A stretch of DNA of 64,000 nt. It comes from Octopus sinensis. Taxonomy: Eukaryota. The translations under genes were made by a program, and so were the position numbers. How positions within the stretch are numbered: position 1 is the first letter of the stretch; every line of letters begins with the position of its first letter. Below the pieces are notes generated by a model that had not been told where the DNA came from, did not search any database, and worked only from the letters and a program-made list of their open reading frames with translations. The stretch covers positions 44,702,001-44,766,000 of the forward strand of contig NC_042997.1 of the NCBI RefSeq assembly GCF_006345805.1, read 5' to 3'. Positions 37,760-48,693 of the stretch are shown in pieces.

Positions 37760-38220
37760 ATAACTGTGTGCGGTGTGTTTCCCTTCAGATGGTCTGCCTA
37801 ATGTATAGAAATAGGTGTATATTATTTCTGTATACTCCTCTCATGTCTATTTGATCCTCTTACATTTTTCTTTCTCTGGCGGGTGTGACGGTGGACTTGG
37901 AGGGTTCGAGTTGGGGTAGTTCTCGTTCAAGTGACCATCCAGCTTCGTATTCAGTGAAGAGCTAGCGCCAGAGGATGACTTTTCGATCCTGGGCTGGCTC
38001 TCTCCTGGGCGACGCGCTTCCAGATTAATAATAGGACAAGCGATTTGGTGTGCTGTCGTAGTTCTCCTTTCTGTTCCGTTGAGCATATTTGTGCTACATT
38101 TAGATTATTGGTATCGAACCCTGTATTGAGGAAGATTTGGAGACGGTTGTAGCCACTGTTACTATTGTCGACTCCGTCATTAATACTGTTACGGTTACTT
38201 TAACCTTGCTATTATAAGCA
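37760..38220 (-). pseudogene. 5' fragment of a second R4/Dong-like element, opposite orientation
   Basis: Minus strand 37860-37780 reads KRIK*T*EEYTEIIYTYFYTLGRPSEG, a decayed version of the KWT/SREE/D motif found at the start of the adjacent R4 ORF. Confidence 0.5.
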
Positions 38221-38226
38221 TTGCTC

Positions 38227-38543
38227 GTGGAGGCGCAATGGTCCAGTGGTTAAGGCAGCGAACTCGTATTCGGAGGATCGCGGTTTCGATTCCCAGACCG
38301 GGCGTTGTGTGTGTTTATTGAGCGAAAACACCTAAAGCTCCACGAGGCTCCGGCACGGGGTGGTGGCGACCCCTGTTGTACTCTTTCGCTCCAACTTTCT
38401 CTCACTCTCTCTTGTTTCTTGAGTAACGCTGCGATGGACTGGAGTCCCGTCCAGCTGGGCTGGAACACATGCGCCACAGAAACCGGGAAAACGGGCCCTT
38501 GGGCCTGGCTAGGCTTGAAAAGGGCGCATAAATAAATAAATAA
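38227..38543 (+). mobile_element. tRNA-derived SINE family C, alternative 3' half
   Basis: GTGGAGGCGCAATGG..GGTTTCGATTCCC head; 3' half GCGATGGACTGG..GTCCAG..AGAAACCGGG and an (TAAA)n tail differ from the other C copies. Confidence 0.8.
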
Positions 38544-38979
38544 ATTACCGCCAATAGTGCCTTGATTTGTAGCCATGGCAACAGTATAACCATTATTAAT
38601 TAAAACCTGCCGTCTTTGCTCCAACAACTGTGTGGTATGATTAAATGTTGTTTAGTTTCGACTTTTGCCTTGTACTTGAGATAATCATAAATATGTAAGG
38701 ATTGAAATAGTAAGCGGAAGGGAAGCAGCTTGGTGAATAGACCAAATTCCACAGGTCTGTAAATAGGTTCGGCAGGGGAGAAGGAGATCATCAATAGGCC
38801 TTCGCATTCCTGTGAAATAAGGAGACAACAGAAGCCTCACGCTATTGGTGGGGTCAGCAGAGGTCGAATGTGTTTACTACTACTACTACTACTACTACTA
38901 CCGATCAATGAGATCGTTCTTGAGAAGAACCAGTTCACCTTGTTCTATTTTTAATTACTGATAGAAAAAATATTAATAC

Positions 38980-39019
<40 letters not shown>

Positions 39020-39116
39020 CCATACTGATGTTCACATCGTTGAATTTTTTAATTTCTGAATCTTTAAAAAAAAATTTTGAAATTTTCTTTTTTTTCTTTA
39101 TAAGTTTTGCTGTGGT

Positions 39117-39302
39117 TTAAGTTTTCGTAATTGCGCAGTTTCTATATATTGGGAGGAGATATTTACCTCCTAAATTTTTATCGTGCATTTAATTGTGTTG
39201 TTGCAATAAAAGGTATGCTTACATATTCGAGTAGTCAGGGAGAAAAGAAAGGTAAAATGTTTACAGAAGGTCGTTGATATTAAAGTTTTTCAGTTTTGTA
39301 AA
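39117..39302 (-). repeat. Dispersed repeat family E fragment
   Basis: Reverse complement of ~48467-48652; related pieces at ~28205-28280 and ~57705-57790. Confidence 0.65.
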
Positions 39303-39493
39303 GTTGATTGTTCGGGTACTTGTCAATTGCCGTGGTCCCGGTTTTGCACACGCGAATTCGCGCGCGCGCGCGCGTCAGACGTAGGTACTCGATACTCGAG
39401 ATCCTACGAGGTGACTTGCGCATGCGCAGTGCAGAATTCGCGCGTGCGCGTTAAACCCCCCCCCTAAAAAAAAGGTGTTGGATTTCACTAAAA

Positions 39494-39536
<43 letters not shown>

Positions 39537-39828
39537 ACATTTTCAATTTTACACAAAAAAATTACATAGTCGCTTTCCTCGCGGATTTACAGAGAAATGA
39601 ATTAATTACTATTTTACAGAATAAAATTAATGAATTAATTATATAAATTAAATAATTCTTGAAAATTAATTAATATTAATAATATTTTTTGAACAAAGTA
39701 AATAATTTATAAAACTTGGTTAATAATTTTTTTTACACAAACGCGAACGCGAACGTATATAATTTGTGAAACTTTTTTTTTTTTTACAGACGTATATAAT
39801 TTGGTAAACTTAATGAATTAATTTCTTC

Positions 39829-40250
39829 TCATCATCATCATCGTTTAACGTCCGTTCTCCATGCCAGCATGGGTTGGACGGTTCGACCGGGGATCTGGGA
39901 AGCCAGAAGGCTGCACCAGACTCCAGTCTTATCTGGCAATGTTTCTACAGCTGGATGCCCTTCCTAACGCCAACCACTCCGAGAGTGTAGTGGGTGCTTT
40001 TTACATGCCACCCGCACAGGTGCCAGGCGAGGCTGGCAACGGCCACGGTCGGATTGGTGCCAGTCGAGGCGGCTCTGGCATCGGCCACGATTCGGATAGT
40101 GCTTTTTACGTACCACCAGTCCAGGGGTCCTGGCATTTGCCGGGTGCCACACTTGCCCCAACATGTCTTCGCAAGCAAAGGGGGTTGGCATGGGTGCCTG
40201 TCGTGGGATGAGGTTCGATATCAACTTCGCTTGCCTCAACAGGTCTTTGT
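39829..40250 (-). mobile_element. Family D retroposon cassette inside the left arm
   Basis: CATCATCATC tail plus homology to 26620-26801. Confidence 0.8.
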
Positions 40251-40688
40251 GTATAAATGTATAAATTTTTCGCACTAAATTCTTTCCGTAGAATTTATCA
40301 AAAAACGCGCAAAATTATTCCGTAGACTTTATCAAATTAAAAAACGCAAAATTAATATATTTTTTGAAATTGCAAATTATTTAGAATATAAAACAAATTA
40401 AGTTAAATTTTAAAAATAAATGTCATATACTTATACTCTGTAAGGTGCTGTGTTCACACTTCAATTTACTATTTTCTAGAAATGTTGCTTTTCTAATTGA
40501 AACAATTTTTCTCAATCTCCATTTAAAAGTCCATAATGCCTCTTGAGCCATATCAAAATGAACAACTTTGAATTACCCGGTGGTGGTGGTGGTGTGAGGT
40601 TCTAATTTTTTTTCTGATCTCTCTTTGCCCCCCCCCCTAGATGGAGGTGTGGTGGGGAGACAGATGAAAGATGTTTCATTCTCTACTA

Positions 40689-40719
<31 letters not shown>

Positions 40720-41298
40720 TTCTTAAACCTACACGATATAGTCTATAAATTTGGGATGTTTTTGAAAGATAATATATTTTGTCATCAGAATATATATACT
40801 TTCTCACACTACAATTAAGATATATTTATTTTAAATCGTTCATCTTTTCCCGCGACAACAAAAATTGGGCGCGAAAATTTTTCTAAATATTAGCTGAATG
40901 AACAACTGAGATAAAGAGGGGGCAAAGAGAGATCAGAAAAAAAATTAGAACCTCACACCACCACCACCACCGGGTAATTCAAAGTTGTTCATTTTGATAT
41001 GGCTCAAGAGGCATTATGGACTTTTAAATGGAGATTGAGAAAAATTGTTTCAATTAGAAAAGCAACATTTCTAGAAAATAGTAAATTGAAGTGTGAACAC
41101 AGCACCTTACAGAGTATAAGTATATGACATTTATTTTTAAAATTTAACTTAATTTGTTTTATATTCTAAATAATTTGCAATTTCAAAAAATATATTAATT
41201 TTGCGTTTTTTAATTTGATAAAGTCTACGGAATAATTTTGCGCGTTTTTTGATAAATTCTACGGAAAGAATTTAGTGCGAAAAATTTATACATTTATA

Positions 41299-41720
41299 CA
41301 CAAAGACCTGTTGAGGCAAGCGAAGTTGATATCGAACCTCATCCCACGACAGGCACCCATGCCAACCCCCTTTGCTTGCGAAGACATGTTGGGGCAAGTG
41401 TGGCACCCGGCAAATGCCAGGACCCCTGGACTGGTGGTACGTAAAAAGCACTATCCGAATCGTGGCCGATGCCAGAGCCGCCTCGACTGGCACCAATCCG
41501 ACCGTGGCCGTTGCCAGCCTCGCCTGGCACCTGTGCGGGTGGCATGTAAAAAGCACCCACTACACTCTCGGAGTGGTTGGCGTTAGGAAGGGCATCCAGC
41601 TGTAGAAACATTGCCAGATAAGACTGGAGTCTGGTGCAGCCTTCTGGCTTCCCAGATCCCCGGTCGAACCGTCCAACCCATGCTGGCATGGAGAACGGAC
41701 GTTAAACGATGATGATGATG
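41299..41720 (+). mobile_element. Family D retroposon cassette inside the right arm
   Basis: Mirror copy of 39829-40250; the six-frame ORF translations of the two copies are identical. Confidence 0.8.
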
Positions 41721-42012
41721 AGAAGAAATTAATTCATTAAGTTTACCAAATTATATACGTCTGTAAAAAAAAAAAAGTTTCACAAATTATATACGTTCGC
41801 GTTCGCGTTTGTGTAAAAAAAATTATTAACCAAGTTTTATAAATTATTTACTTTGTTCAAAAAATATTATTAATATTAATTAATTTTCAAGAATTATTTA
41901 ATTTATATAATTAATTCATTAATTTTATTCTGTAAAATAGTAATTAATTCATTTCTCTGTAAATCCGCGAGGAAAGCGACTATGTAATTTTTTTGTGTAA
42001 AATTGAAAATGT

Positions 42013-42053
<41 letters not shown>

Positions 42054-42606
42054 TTTTAGTGAAATCCAACACCTTTTTTTTTAGGGGGGGGGTTTAACGC
42101 GCACGCGCGAATTCTGCACTGCGCATGCGCAAGTCACCTCGTAGGATCTCGAGTATCGAGTACCTACGTCTGACGCGCGCGCGCGCGCGAATTCGCGTGT
42201 GCAAAACCGGGACCACGGCAATTGACAAGTACCGATTGTTCGTATGTCCGATCAGAGAAACTGTAGTATTTTTAGAATAAAAAGGATGTGTTCATTTCCA
42301 TTATTCAGACTAACGATTCTACCAGATTATTGCCTTGCCGTCATATAATATAATAAAACAATATATTGAATAATTAACAATGCGTCGAATAGCTATTCGA
42401 TTCATTAGTAGTCATTCACATAGCTGACTATCCTCTTGAAAAGCTCCATCAATTTCTGGCATCGTGTCTATGTTAGAAATCATTAATATCAATCCAAGAG
42501 AGAATACGCGGTGTTAACGCTCTATTTCAGTCTACAGGGATTATATTCATCTTTCGGGCAATCAGAGCCACGTGTGCTTTCATAATCAATCTATCTGTAT
42601 TAAATA

Positions 42607-43203
42607 CTAGCAGTATCACCCGGCGTTGCTCGGGTTTGTAAGGGAAATAACTATATAAGCATTTTTAGAGAGTTATAGCCAAAAACTAGCAAAAAAACGC
42701 ATTAAAATGGAAAAAAAAATGATGGTAAATTTTTTAAAAATCGTTGATTCATCGTAGACATTTTTAGAGAGTTACTTCCCTTATATAATAGCGAAAAAAT
42801 GCATTAAAATGGAAAAAAATGATGGTAAATTTTTTTAAAAATCGTTGATTCATCGTAGACATTTTTAGAGAGTTACTTCCCTTATATAATAGCGAAAAAA
42901 TGCATTAAAATGGAAAAAAATGATGGTAAATTTTTTTAAAAATCGTTGACTCATCGTAGACATTTTTAGAGAGTTACTTCCCTTATATAATAGCGAAAAA
43001 ATGCATTAAAATGGAAAAAATGATGGTAAATTTTTTTTTAAATCGTAGACTCATCATAGACGCGTGCTAATACACAGAAGGGCTCGATATGAATCACGAC
43101 TATAAGATACCCGGTTTTGGTTAAACTGCACCGCAAAATGTGGGAGTAGTTAGGAATCTAAATCGTAGGAGACAGACACACAACTTCAGTTTTATATATA
43201 AAG

Positions 43204-43204
<1 letters not shown>
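42607..43204 (-). mobile_element. Non-autonomous Helitron with an internal ~101-bp tandem expansion
   Basis: TC..CTAG ends with A^T insertion; ATCG/ATAGAC anchor at 42751, 42852, 42953 and 43053. Confidence 0.8.
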
Positions 43205-43243
<39 letters not shown>

Positions 43244-43423
43244 TGTGTGTGTGTGTGTTATATGTCGTATGTTAAGAAGACTAGAAATCACGTCTCAAAT
43301 GAGTAAAGTCAGTATCGATGGCCGTTGTTGCCAAGAAAGAGAAGGGAAAGACCTTGAAAGTTGAATATAACTAAAAAAAATAACGAGACCCATTGAGTTT
43401 GTTCCTTGGTGAGTACAGTGACA

Positions 43424-43466
43424 ACTCCGATCATGTTTCGGTCATGTCAAACCTCATCAGCGAAGC
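43424..43466 (-). ncRNA. Type I minimal hammerhead-ribozyme-like motif
   Basis: GCTTCG-CTGATGA-GGT ttgacatg ACC-GAAACATG-A-T-CGGAGT: perfect CUGAUGA and GAAA, 6-bp stem I; U16.1 is replaced by A. Confidence 0.6.
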
Positions 43467-43496
43467 ATAGTCTAATACAGTCAACACCCTAAAACA

Positions 43497-43767
43497 TGTA
43501 AGCCACAATGTATTCTAACAAGTTGCCATTGAATTTTCAAAATTCATCTTAACTAAGTCACAATCTATTAACGAGACATATTTGAGTTTTTAAAATTCGT
43601 TTTAACTAAGCCACAATCTGTTCTAACAAAACGCTTTCGAATTTTTAAAATTCGTCTTAACTAAGCCACACATTATTTTAACAAGGTACTTTAGAGTTTT
43701 TAAAAATTGTCTTAAGACACAGTTTATTCTAACAAGTCGCTTTTGAGTTTTTAAATTTCGTCTTAAC
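43497..43767. repeat. Degenerate ~54-bp tandem repeat, ~5 units
   Basis: TTAA(CTAA)G anchor recurs at 43549, 43602, 43657, 43712 and 43763. Confidence 0.7.
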
Positions 43768-43850
43768 TCTGTATTCCACAATAAAGAAGCAGAAGGAGTT
43801 GGAGGTGAGAACTGGGTGCTTTGGGGTTGTTGATGCAAAATTTATATGGG

Positions 43851-44236
43851 GATGGAAGCACTCCGTCGGTTACGACGATGAGGGTTCCGGTTGATCCGAA
43901 TCAACGGAACAGCCTGCTTCGTGAAATTAACGTGTAAGTGGCTGATCACTCCACAGACACGTGTACCCTTAATGTAGTTCTCGGGGATATTCAGCGTGAC
44001 ACAGAGAGTGACAAGGCCGGCCCCTTGAAATACAGGTACAACAGAAACAGGAAGTAAGAGTGAGAGAAAGTTGTGGTGAAAGAATGCAGCAGGGATCACT
44101 ATCATCCCCTGCCGGAGCCTCGTGGAGCTTTAGGTGTTTTCGCTCAATAAACACTCACAACGCCCGGTCTGGGAATCGAAACCGCGATCCTATGACCGCG
44201 AGTCCGCTGCCCTAACCACTGGGCCATTGCGCCTCC
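43851..44236 (-). mobile_element. SINE family C (full length)
   Basis: Reverse complement of 45306-45692. Confidence 0.85.
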
Positions 44237-44914
44237 TCTCAAAATTTATATATAACCACAATAAAGTCCGTAAGCATGTGAGTTCATGGTCCAACATTTC
44301 TAAATGTTATACACACATACGTATATCTCTTCAAACTGAACATTGACCGTATGAACATAAATCGTACCAAATATTTTTTGACTCTTCAAAAATTGCACAG
44401 CTGTTATATGGAAGGCTAACTCTTTTATAGAGAGACAAGTCTGGAATTTATCTTTTTTTAAGCCATAAACTGGTGAAAATTACATTACTTTTTTTTTGAA
44501 TGAACTTCATTGTTGAAAGGTACTAATTTAGATATTGCTATCGTTTATTTAGCAGAAGAGGTGGTGGTGCAATTTTTATTAACTAATTTCTTTTCTCCGT
44601 TACTTAGCCCATCTGTAACGCTTTCACATGATTAGTTGAAGGGAAGGTGAAGAGCGACAGAAAAAGGGGAGAGAAAAAGAGGGTAAGGCGAAGAGTGAGA
44701 ATGAAAGAGGGAGAGTGCTGTGTATTAAAGTCTATAAAATTGTGCATAAAATAAAGTGTATATATAAAATGCATTAAGTAATCATTGTATTCCAATTTTC
44801 TTCACTTTTCAATGATTAGCAGATGTATCTTTTGATACAGACATAACACAGGCTACGCTCTCAGGTGTTTTGGATAAAGTTTTCATAATTAACCCAATAA
44901 GTTTATCATTAATT

Positions 44915-44941
44915 CCGTGAAATATTCACGGGTCCCGCTAG
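44915..44941 (+). mobile_element. Helitron-type 3' terminus (different family)
   Basis: Hairpin CCGTGA aatat TCACGG followed by CTAG^T; 5' end not located. Confidence 0.45.
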
Positions 44942-45305
44942 TGTAATATAAATGTGTATAACGTGAAGCTAGGTAAATTCACATTTTTAAAAATTGTGAA
45001 TAAGAAATTTACAATAAATATTTGCAGAGTGAAGTTTAGATAAACACTAGAGATTTGAATTCATTTCTGTTGGTTGTTTTAAGGGGTTCCTCAGACAATA
45101 GGCTGTTTATGAAATTTTACATAGTTGTACGAAATCTGAGTTACCATATTCCTGCATTGGAAAATACCAAAAGTCTATTGTTTAGGTAGCTATTAAGTTC
45201 GTGACGGTATTTCTGTTTGCTTACTTCTATTTCAAGTTTCTTGCATAAGGAGGAAATTTATCACGCATTTCTTGTGTGTGTATATGTATGTGTTTGTGTG
45301 TGTCA

Positions 45306-45691
45306 GTGGAGGCGCAATGACCCAGTGGTTAGGGCAGCGGACTCGCGGTCATAGGATCGCGGTTTCGATTCCCAGACCGGGCGTTGTGAGTGTTTATTGA
45401 GCGGAAACACCTGAAGCTCCACGAGGCTCCGGCAGGGGATGGCGGTGATCCCTGTTGTACTCTTTCACCACAACTTTCTCTCACTCTTACTTCCTGTTTC
45501 TGTTGTACCTGTATTTCAAGGGGCCGGCCTTGTCACTCTCTGTGTCACGCTGAATATCCCCGAGAACTACGTTAAGGGTACACGTGTCTGTGGAGTGCTC
45601 AGCCACTTACACGTTAATTTCACGAGCAGGCTGTTCCGTTGATTCGGATCAACCGGAACCCTCGTCGTCGTAACCGACGGAGTGCTTCCAT

Positions 45692-45692
<1 letters not shown>
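45306..45692 (+). mobile_element. SINE family C (full length)
   Basis: tRNA-like head with A/B boxes; followed by (TG)n. Confidence 0.85.
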
Positions 45693-45759
<67 letters not shown>

Positions 45760-46736
45760 CACATACGTATAATACAAACATGCATATATACATATATATG
45801 AGTATGTATACATATACACATATATGCACTGTGGCATATGCACATACATATATATTATATCTTTATACATCATGATCGTCACCATTGTTATCGATATCGT
45901 TTTCACGTCTGCTTTTCTGTGCTCAGATTGGCTGATCGAAACTTTTCCACGCCTCTTATAACATAGAGATATGGCACACCTATTCTGGAAACGAGGTCAC
46001 ACACAGCAAAAATATGTATATGTGTGTGTGACTTGTTCCCGCCCACAAAATTCCAGACCGTGTGCCTATAATAGAAAGGATTATTATCGTCATTCGCCTG
46101 GGTCAACTTTGCTTTTCGCCCTTTCGTGATCAATAGAATAAATTACCAGTCAGGTACTGAAGCTATAGGGGTGGTGGTGAAGTAACATACTTAAAATACT
46201 AAATTTTACTTATAATAGTAATTATATTATACATGATAAATCTAGTAATGGTTATTACAATAGAATGAGATCTCATCAGACACAGAAAAGTCATTAACTT
46301 GCAATGTATAAAATAAATTGAAATTTCTTTATTATTTAATTATTTCACTGTTAAAAGCTTAGGTTTTTAACCTTTTTACTGCCACGCCTCACCTAGAAAT
46401 TTGTTCTTCTTTCCATGCTCCCTTTGCATCTATGAATAAAATTCCCTCCCAGACTTTAAATAACATCTAAAATATGTTTTTAGTCTTTTTATTGAATATG
46501 AATTAGTCACATTATACAAAATATGTATAATTTTATATATAATCACATTATACAAAAAGTGGGAGACTTGACACTGCTTCTTAGCAAAAAGAAATTCTTT
46601 TTATTGAATATGAATTAGTCACATTAGTTGCTTCTTAGCTACAAGATCTTGAACGCGTGGTTGAATGCCAGAGAGTGCACGACATAAGTTCCTTTCAATG
46701 TTCAACCTGTTTCTGTACTTGGTCATGACAACAGCA

Positions 46737-46875
46737 AGATTAAAAAAAAAAATTACCATCATTTTTTCCACATTTTTAATGCATTTTTTTGCTATTTTTT
46801 TGGCTATAACTCTCTAAAAATGCTCATATAGTTATTTCCCTTACAAACCCGAGCAACGCCGGCCGATACTGCTAG
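46737..46875 (+). mobile_element. Helitron 3' fragment
   Basis: Same hairpin and CTAG^T end as 3512. Confidence 0.7.
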
Positions 46876-46914
46876 TAATATATAAATTTTACTCTAGAAG
46901 TGGATTGTATAAGC

Positions 46915-47268
46915 CAGTGGTTCTTAACTTGGGGAGCGTCAGCAATTTCCAAGGGGGATGGAGCGAGCCCTTGAGAAAAAAAACCCAGAAATTTCTCTAA
47001 TTATATTTGTTAGTCTCTTAACGAGAGCATGGTCAAATAATGAGAAGTTTATGAAAAAATGCAAAAGTATCGCCTTATAACTTTAGCTTTCTTCTTCTAC
47101 TACCTTAGCGTCACTTACCATTTTCAGTACTTATTGCCTCCCCACCCACCCACTTCGTATCCCTCAAAACCCTCACTAATTCTCAACTGTAGCGTTAACA
47201 TTTACCTTTATTTGGTAATTTTTTTTTGTTTTTGTTTTTTGTTACAAGACTCAGGTTAAGAACTACTG
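46915..47268. mobile_element. hAT (Charlie-like) MITE
   Basis: TIRs CAGTGGTTCTTAAC / GTTAAGAACTACTG; 8-bp TSD GTATAAGC (46907-46914) versus GTATAAAGC after the element. Confidence 0.75.
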
Positions 47269-47518
47269 GTATAAAGCTTAGATATTATTATCGTGTAAAG
47301 ACAACCATCTTTTTCAGTTAATAGATTATAAACAAGTTTGATCCACAGTTTTCATATATATGAAATAATGTGATTCTTAAAAATCAAGAGACCTGCTGAA
47401 ACATTATCAAATCATTATAGTAACATACTAAGAAATATTAACTTAATTTTAAAAATTGAAAACTATTTTTAAATTATAGCAAGATGAAAAGTACGATATA
47501 TTTAAAAATAGGAAATAA

Positions 47519-47614
47519 ACCTATTTCTTTACTACCCACAAGGGGCTAAACACAGAGAGAACAAACAAGGACAGACAAACGGATTAAGTCGATTATATCG
47601 ACCCCAGTGCGTAA
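47519..47614 (-). mobile_element. SINE B 3' fragment
   Basis: Reverse B tail. Confidence 0.75.
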
Positions 47615-47920
47615 ACCAAAGAGTATGTAATAGGTTCTACTATAAAGACTCAAAAAAGAATTAAAACAGATTGGAAACATTTTTTAAAATAACAATAAAA
47701 ACCAAAATTTTTAATATTAAATGATTATGTTAAAAATATAGTAAATTTTTTTGTAATAAGAAATTATAATATAAAGCCAAATGTTAAACTAAAATTCAGA
47801 TTTAAATATTACAGAAAGTACTAGGTAAAACTAAAAGCTATGCAAAATCTTTTCATTTTTTAAGAAACCGTTTTTATATTTTCGTACAAATAAATACAAT
47901 ATTTTATTGTACAAAACTCT

Positions 47921-48012
47921 GCCAGATCAGAATGGAGCCTGGTGCAGCTTCCTGGCTTCCCAGACCCCAGTCGATCCGTCCAACCCATGCTAGCATGGAA
48001 AACAGACGTTAA

Positions 48013-48043
<31 letters not shown>

Positions 48044-48060
48044 TGACGATGATGATGATG
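47921..48060 (+). mobile_element. Family D 3' tail with (GAC/GAT)n
   Basis: CCAACCCATGCTAGCATGG..CGTTAAACG tail. Confidence 0.75.
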
Positions 48061-48094
48061 TACGGATTCAAAACTAGGCACAAGATTTGGACTG

Positions 48095-48395
48095 ATTGAT
48101 CTTATAGGAGTTCAATCCTCATTTTAGGCACATACTTACCTGCCTCTTTTACCAAGAAGATGACCCGGCCAAAGCTATTCCGTTGGCATCACTGTAGAAA
48201 CAGTTGCTAAATCATTGCTAGATTTCTTGACATAGCACTCATGGGGTCTATCAGAATTGATCGAGTCACTCTTATTCAAGAAATTTCCACAATTGGCTGA
48301 CTGCATTTGAACTCGTGTTACTGCTTATCATTTAGTTGCAAACAGTGTGGTGGAACGTTTCTACCGCCAGTTTAAATCAGTTCTTAAAAGCCAAA
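48095..48395 (+). pseudogene. Decayed Ty3/Gypsy integrase core fragment
   Basis: Frameshifted W/PxAIPL..ITVETVAKSL and RVTAYHLVANSVVERFYRQFKSVL, matching the TTAYHPxxNGxVERFHRQLK integrase motif. Confidence 0.7.
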
Positions 48396-48693
48396 GCCCA
48401 ATATGTTGTTCAAACCGGCAAACAATAAATTTTAGCGTAAAATATATTTAGATGAATTGCATACGGATTTACAAAACTGAAAAACTTTAATATCAACAAT
48501 CTTCTGTAAACATTTTACCTTTCTTTTCTCCCTGACTACTCGAATATGTCAACATACCTTTTATTGCAACAACACAATTACATGCACGATAAAAATTAAG
48601 GAGGTAAATACCTCCCAATATATAGAAACTGCGCAATTACGAAAACTTAAATGCACTCCAGTAGAAATTGCCTTACTGTACCTCCATCAAGTT

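Larger units (their letters stand above)
39315..42233. mobile_element. Non-autonomous fold-back (Mutator/MULE-like) DNA transposon
   Basis: Arms 39315-40632 and 40918-42233 are reverse complements; 285-bp spacer; perfect 9-bp direct repeat GATTGTTCG at 39306-39314 and 42234-42242; no transposase. Confidence 0.85.

Noticed and set aside
39861-41689. Duplicated ORFs of 116, 103, 94 and 77 aa in the fold-back arms as transposon genes
   Set aside because: They lie within the retroposon cassette, overlap on both strands and show no transposase motifs.
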